This document shows positions 42,130-44,878 of a DNA stretch of 44,878 nt, piece by piece; within the stretch, counting starts at the first letter, position 1; each line of letters begins with the position of its first letter. A program made the translations under genes and the position numbers. The stretch comes from a virus (lineage: Duplodnaviria > Caudoviricetes): the IMG/VR virus record IMGVR_UViG_3300022173_000058, positions 1-44,878 of that record, one strand, 5' to 3'. Under the pieces are notes generated by a model that saw only the letters and a program-made list of their open reading frames with translations, did no database searches and was not told the origin of the DNA.

Positions 42130-42552
42130 ATGTCACATACCGTACCATTTCGACTAAATAAACCAGCATCAATATTTCAAACCGCTGATTCAACAGGCTT
42201 TAACATTCGTTGCGGCGTTAAGTGTAAAGATCCAAAAACTAAGGCAGAAAGCTGGACTAATTACAGTGCCACCATTTTTGCTAAATCAATACCGCAAATT
42301 GAGTTTTATACTAAGGCGCTTGTAGAGGGCGCTCTAGTGGTCGTATCAGCGCAATCAATCTTTGTGGATGTGTACCAAGGCAATAACGGCCAATCAATTA
42401 CGCTTAGCCTGCTGAACGCCAACATAGAAGCTATTTCGGCAACAGCTAATACGCAGGCACCAGCACCACGCAATCAGCAACAGGCTCCAGCTCATAGCGC
42501 ACCACAGCAGCCAGCTGGATTTGATGACTTCGACGATGATTTGATGTTTTAA
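42130..42552 (+). CDS. ssb: Single-stranded DNA-binding protein
   Basis: OB-fold-like N-terminus, Gln/Pro linker and acidic tail FDDFDDDLMF. Confidence 0.85.
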   Translation: MSHTVPFRLNKPASIFQTADSTGFNIRCGVKCKDPKTKAESWTNYSATIFAKSIPQIEFYTKALVEGALVVVSAQSIFVDVYQGNNGQSITLSLLNANIEAISATANTQAPAPRNQQQAPAHSAPQQPAGFDDFDDDLMF

Positions 42553-42561
42553 GGGTGCCCC

Positions 42562-42750
42562 ATGGGAGACGTTGACGATTTAATTTCAGCCCTGAGAAGA
42601 AAGCGAGAACTTGAAATGGTTTTACGCTCAGCAAAAACCGAACTTAAAACCATGAGCTACAAATCAATTGGCGAGAAGTTTGGCAGAACGGCAGATTCAA
42701 CCAGATACTTTGCCAGGAAATTAAAACTAACATCGAGTGATATTTTATGA
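42562..42750 (+). CDS. Small HTH protein
   Basis: MSYKSIGEKFGRTADSTRYFARKLKL. Confidence 0.6.
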   Translation: MGDVDDLISALRRKRELEMVLRSAKTELKTMSYKSIGEKFGRTADSTRYFARKLKLTSSDIL

Positions 42751-43016
42751 AATTTATTGTTTTAATAGTTTCTTTCTTGTTGCTGTCTTGCAATAAAGAT
42801 CCAGAAAGCATAAGTAGAACATCAAATCAAAATTTTAATGTTGAAAAGCTATTTGAACATGAGGGCTGCAAAATATATAGGTTCAGCGATGGACGCGACC
42901 ATTATTATTCTGTTTGCAGCGAGCCGTCAGAAATAATCACAGAATATAACTCTTCCTGTGGCAAAAGCTGTATAACAACGAATCCAGACAATGTGAAAAC
43001 TGAAATAGAATATTAA
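42747..43016 (+). CDS. Lipoprotein, DUF4884-like
   Basis: LLLSC lipobox; VEKLFEHEGCKIYRF.DG motif. Confidence 0.7.
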   Translation: MKFIVLIVSFLLLSCNKDPESISRTSNQNFNVEKLFEHEGCKIYRFSDGRDHYYSVCSEPSEIITEYNSSCGKSCITTNPDNVKTEIEY

Positions 43017-43233
43017 CAATTGAGCAAATTAAATGAAATTCATAAAAGTTAAATACCGCGAGCTTGATGCAAAATTTTGCTTAGCCAGGATGCGAATCAG
43101 AGTTGCGATAAAAGTAGCTCTATCGTGAGAGCCGCAATCATCGCGATTTGGGTTTGTGTCGTGATCTTTTTAGTCTGCCTTGCATTGATACACTTGCTTG
43201 GCGGTATGTTTTACCAGCCGACGATAGAGGAGT

Positions 43234-43482
43234 TTGATGATGAGTGAGACGCTAACGGTAATGATGCCGCGAGAATTAACGGCCGAGAATGGGGCTAAAG
43301 GTTTGTTGTCCGGGGAGTTTTACGAAGAAATTGAAATGACTTGCCCGGAATGCGCAGACGATTGCGAAGATGACGATTGCCACATATGTGACGGCAAATC
43401 TTCCTACCTTCAAAAAGTCCCCGTTGAATGGACAACAATTAAAGCCATTTACGCAATGGCAGTTAAGCATCTCGGAGAATAA
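43234..43482 (+). CDS. Zinc-binding hypothetical protein
   Basis: LTAENGAKGLLSGEF, CPEC, CHICDG and VPV.WTTIK.IY motifs. Confidence 0.7.
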   Translation: MMMSETLTVMMPRELTAENGAKGLLSGEFYEEIEMTCPECADDCEDDDCHICDGKSSYLQKVPVEWTTIKAIYAMAVKHLGE

Positions 43483-43484
43483 TC

Positions 43485-43763
43485 ATGAATAACCTAACCC
43501 CCGAACAAGAGCAAAAGTCTCGCGATGAATTCGAGGCGCATTACAAAACTTTTGGCTTGCGATTTGATCGGATGCGAGACGGCAGCTATGAGGCGCTAGG
43601 CACGCAATCAATGTGGGTGGCGTGGCGAGATAGGCATAGGACTATTTGCGTGGAGCCACTAAAAATTGAAACATGCTTTGGTAAAAATAAGTCATTTAAC
43701 TATGTGACTCTTGCGAATCTTAACGAAGTACTACAAGCCGCTGGCATTGGAGTTAAATCATGA
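43485..43763 (+). CDS. Hypothetical protein (RDEFEA family)
   Basis: SRDEFEAHY..GSY...TQSMW.AW...AAGIGVK; GGAG RBS. Confidence 0.65.
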   Translation: MNNLTPEQEQKSRDEFEAHYKTFGLRFDRMRDGSYEALGTQSMWVAWRDRHRTICVEPLKIETCFGKNKSFNYVTLANLNEVLQAAGIGVKS

Positions 43764-43927
43764 AATATTTGCCTTTGCTATTAGGATTAATTATTGCAAA
43801 CTTTGTTTACGATTGTGTGATTTATGATAATGGATGGGTAAAGCCAATGGATACATCGTTCAATCAGGCATGGGCTTTTTTGGTGGCTTGGATATGGGAT
43901 AGATTCGCAGGTGGAAATCATGAATAA
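43760..43927 (+). CDS. 55-aa 2-TM protein (not in the ORF track)
   Basis: MKYLPLLLGLIIANFVYD...NQAWAFLVAWIW; ATGA-coupled. Confidence 0.5.
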   Translation: MKYLPLLLGLIIANFVYDCVIYDNGWVKPMDTSFNQAWAFLVAWIWDRFAGGNHE

Positions 43928-44102
43928 AATTTGGATTGTGTTTGTCGTCGCTGTGCTGCTCTATATGGGCGCTAATGCTTGGGATGATCAATGGATAGGA
44001 CAGGATGCTTTGCGCGTGTTTACGTGCGTGCTGGCAATGATAATGGGCTTGATCGTTTGGTCATGCCTTGGAACTAAAAACAATGACGAGGAAAATTTAT
44101 GA
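43920..44102 (+). CDS. Small 2-TM membrane protein
   Basis: Two hydrophobic helices. Confidence 0.55.
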   Translation: MNKIWIVFVVAVLLYMGANAWDDQWIGQDALRVFTCVLAMIMGLIVWSCLGTKNNDEENL

Positions 44103-44311
44103 ATACTATCGCGCAACAAGTAGTGACGAGCAACGAAAAGGTTAACTACAAGCTTCACCTCGAAAATTTAGAGCTAAAGATTCAAAAAGACAAACTGATT
44201 TGCGAGATTGAAAAACTGATAAAACAGATTGATAAAGATCCTGGCGCTCAAGGCCTACCGCTAACGAGGGCCAGAGATAACGCACAGGCGCTTATAGAAA
44301 CAATGGTTTAA
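44099..44311 (+). CDS. Hypothetical coiled-coil protein
   Basis: GAGG RBS; coupled. Confidence 0.55.
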   Translation: MNTIAQQVVTSNEKVNYKLHLENLELKIQKDKLICEIEKLIKQIDKDPGAQGLPLTRARDNAQALIETMV

Positions 44312-44324
44312 CGAGGCGCATAAA

Positions 44325-44639
44325 ATGAAACGAATATCTAATTTTATTATTAAATTTCTTGGCGGGAAAACTGAAGAAGAGTTTGCAACAGAAGTAGACT
44401 TGGTGCGCGATATCCTGCGTGAGCTACTAAATGAGGAGTTGCTAGATTCTCACGAATCATTTGTCAATGAGCACATGGTCAGCAAGTATAAAGATGACGA
44501 GACTCTTTTGATAACGACATCTAGGGTCAGAATGACTATATATTCAGAATGTTTTATCATAGCTCCATGGGTAAGATTTGCTAGCATATATAATATGCGT
44601 GGACCGAACATTGGCGACTTTTTGGAGAAATCGAAATGA
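44325..44639 (+). CDS. Hypothetical protein
   Basis: GAGG RBS; intact ORF. Confidence 0.55.
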   Translation: MKRISNFIIKFLGGKTEEEFATEVDLVRDILRELLNEELLDSHESFVNEHMVSKYKDDETLLITTSRVRMTIYSECFIIAPWVRFASIYNMRGPNIGDFLEKSK

Positions 44640-44875
44640 AAACAATGAATGATTTTGAAAAACAAAAATTTGAGATAGATTTTAAATGTGATAATTGTGA
44701 ATATTTTTGGCTTGGCAGCGATGTAATTGAACTAATCCGCCGCCCTGAGTTTGCTCCATTCGTCGAGCTACTTGCTAATGAATGTAAGAATCTGCTTAAG
44801 TCAACAGATGAACTTTACCAAGAGGCTAAAGATCTAGGAATAGGTTGGCATCAAGTTCAAACAGTTCTTTATATT
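44636..44875 (+). CDS. 5' part of the junction-spanning 136-aa hypothetical protein
   Basis: ATGA-coupled start with GGAG RBS; continues at position 130 after circularisation. Confidence 0.8.
44750..44875. repeat. Terminal direct repeat, right copy
   Basis: Identical to 4-129. Confidence 0.95.
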
Positions 44876-44878
44876 CTC

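Noticed and set aside
44750-44878. Physical T7-like direct terminal repeat
   Set aside because: The repeat falls mid-gene, its length is typical of an assembler overlap, and TerL is P22-like. The three mismatched terminal bases look like end artefacts.

Overview
The window appears to be a complete, circularly permuted tailed-phage genome of about 44,746 bp unique length. Positions 4-129 recur exactly at 44750-44875, and a 136-aa ORF reads through the join. Virion genes on the minus strand are P22/podovirus-like in order: terS, terL, portal, GroES-like, scaffold, decoration protein, major capsid, head-tail adaptor, gp10-like hub, three DNA-ejection proteins and a tailspike. The lysis module is split: a DUF3380-type endolysin with Rz/Rz1 sits near 30 kb, while the holin-like genes are near 24 kb. 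The spanins imply a Gram-negative host. The minus strand also carries nin-type genes and a Rha/ANT antirepressor. A divergent plus-strand arm encodes a Sak/Rad52-like annealase, a Gp157-like protein, an endonuclease VII-like protein and SSB. I recognised no integrase, CI-type repressor, helicase, primase, polymerase or full-length initiator. The most unusual content is non-coding: (1) a ~600-nt array of structured RNAs at 27135-27725, including a D-armless CCA-ending tRNA mimic and a C4-like antisense RNA with a possible trans target in the antirepressor leader; (2) a second ~200-nt structured RNA in the replication region; (3) a chromosomal-type parS-like site inside the putative late promoter; (4) a two-state RNA switch over the ribosome-binding site of the decoration/capsid genes. 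Several micro-ORFs missed by the ORF track are also reported, including a candidate secreted disulfide peptide. All family assignments come from recognising motifs by eye, not from database searches.
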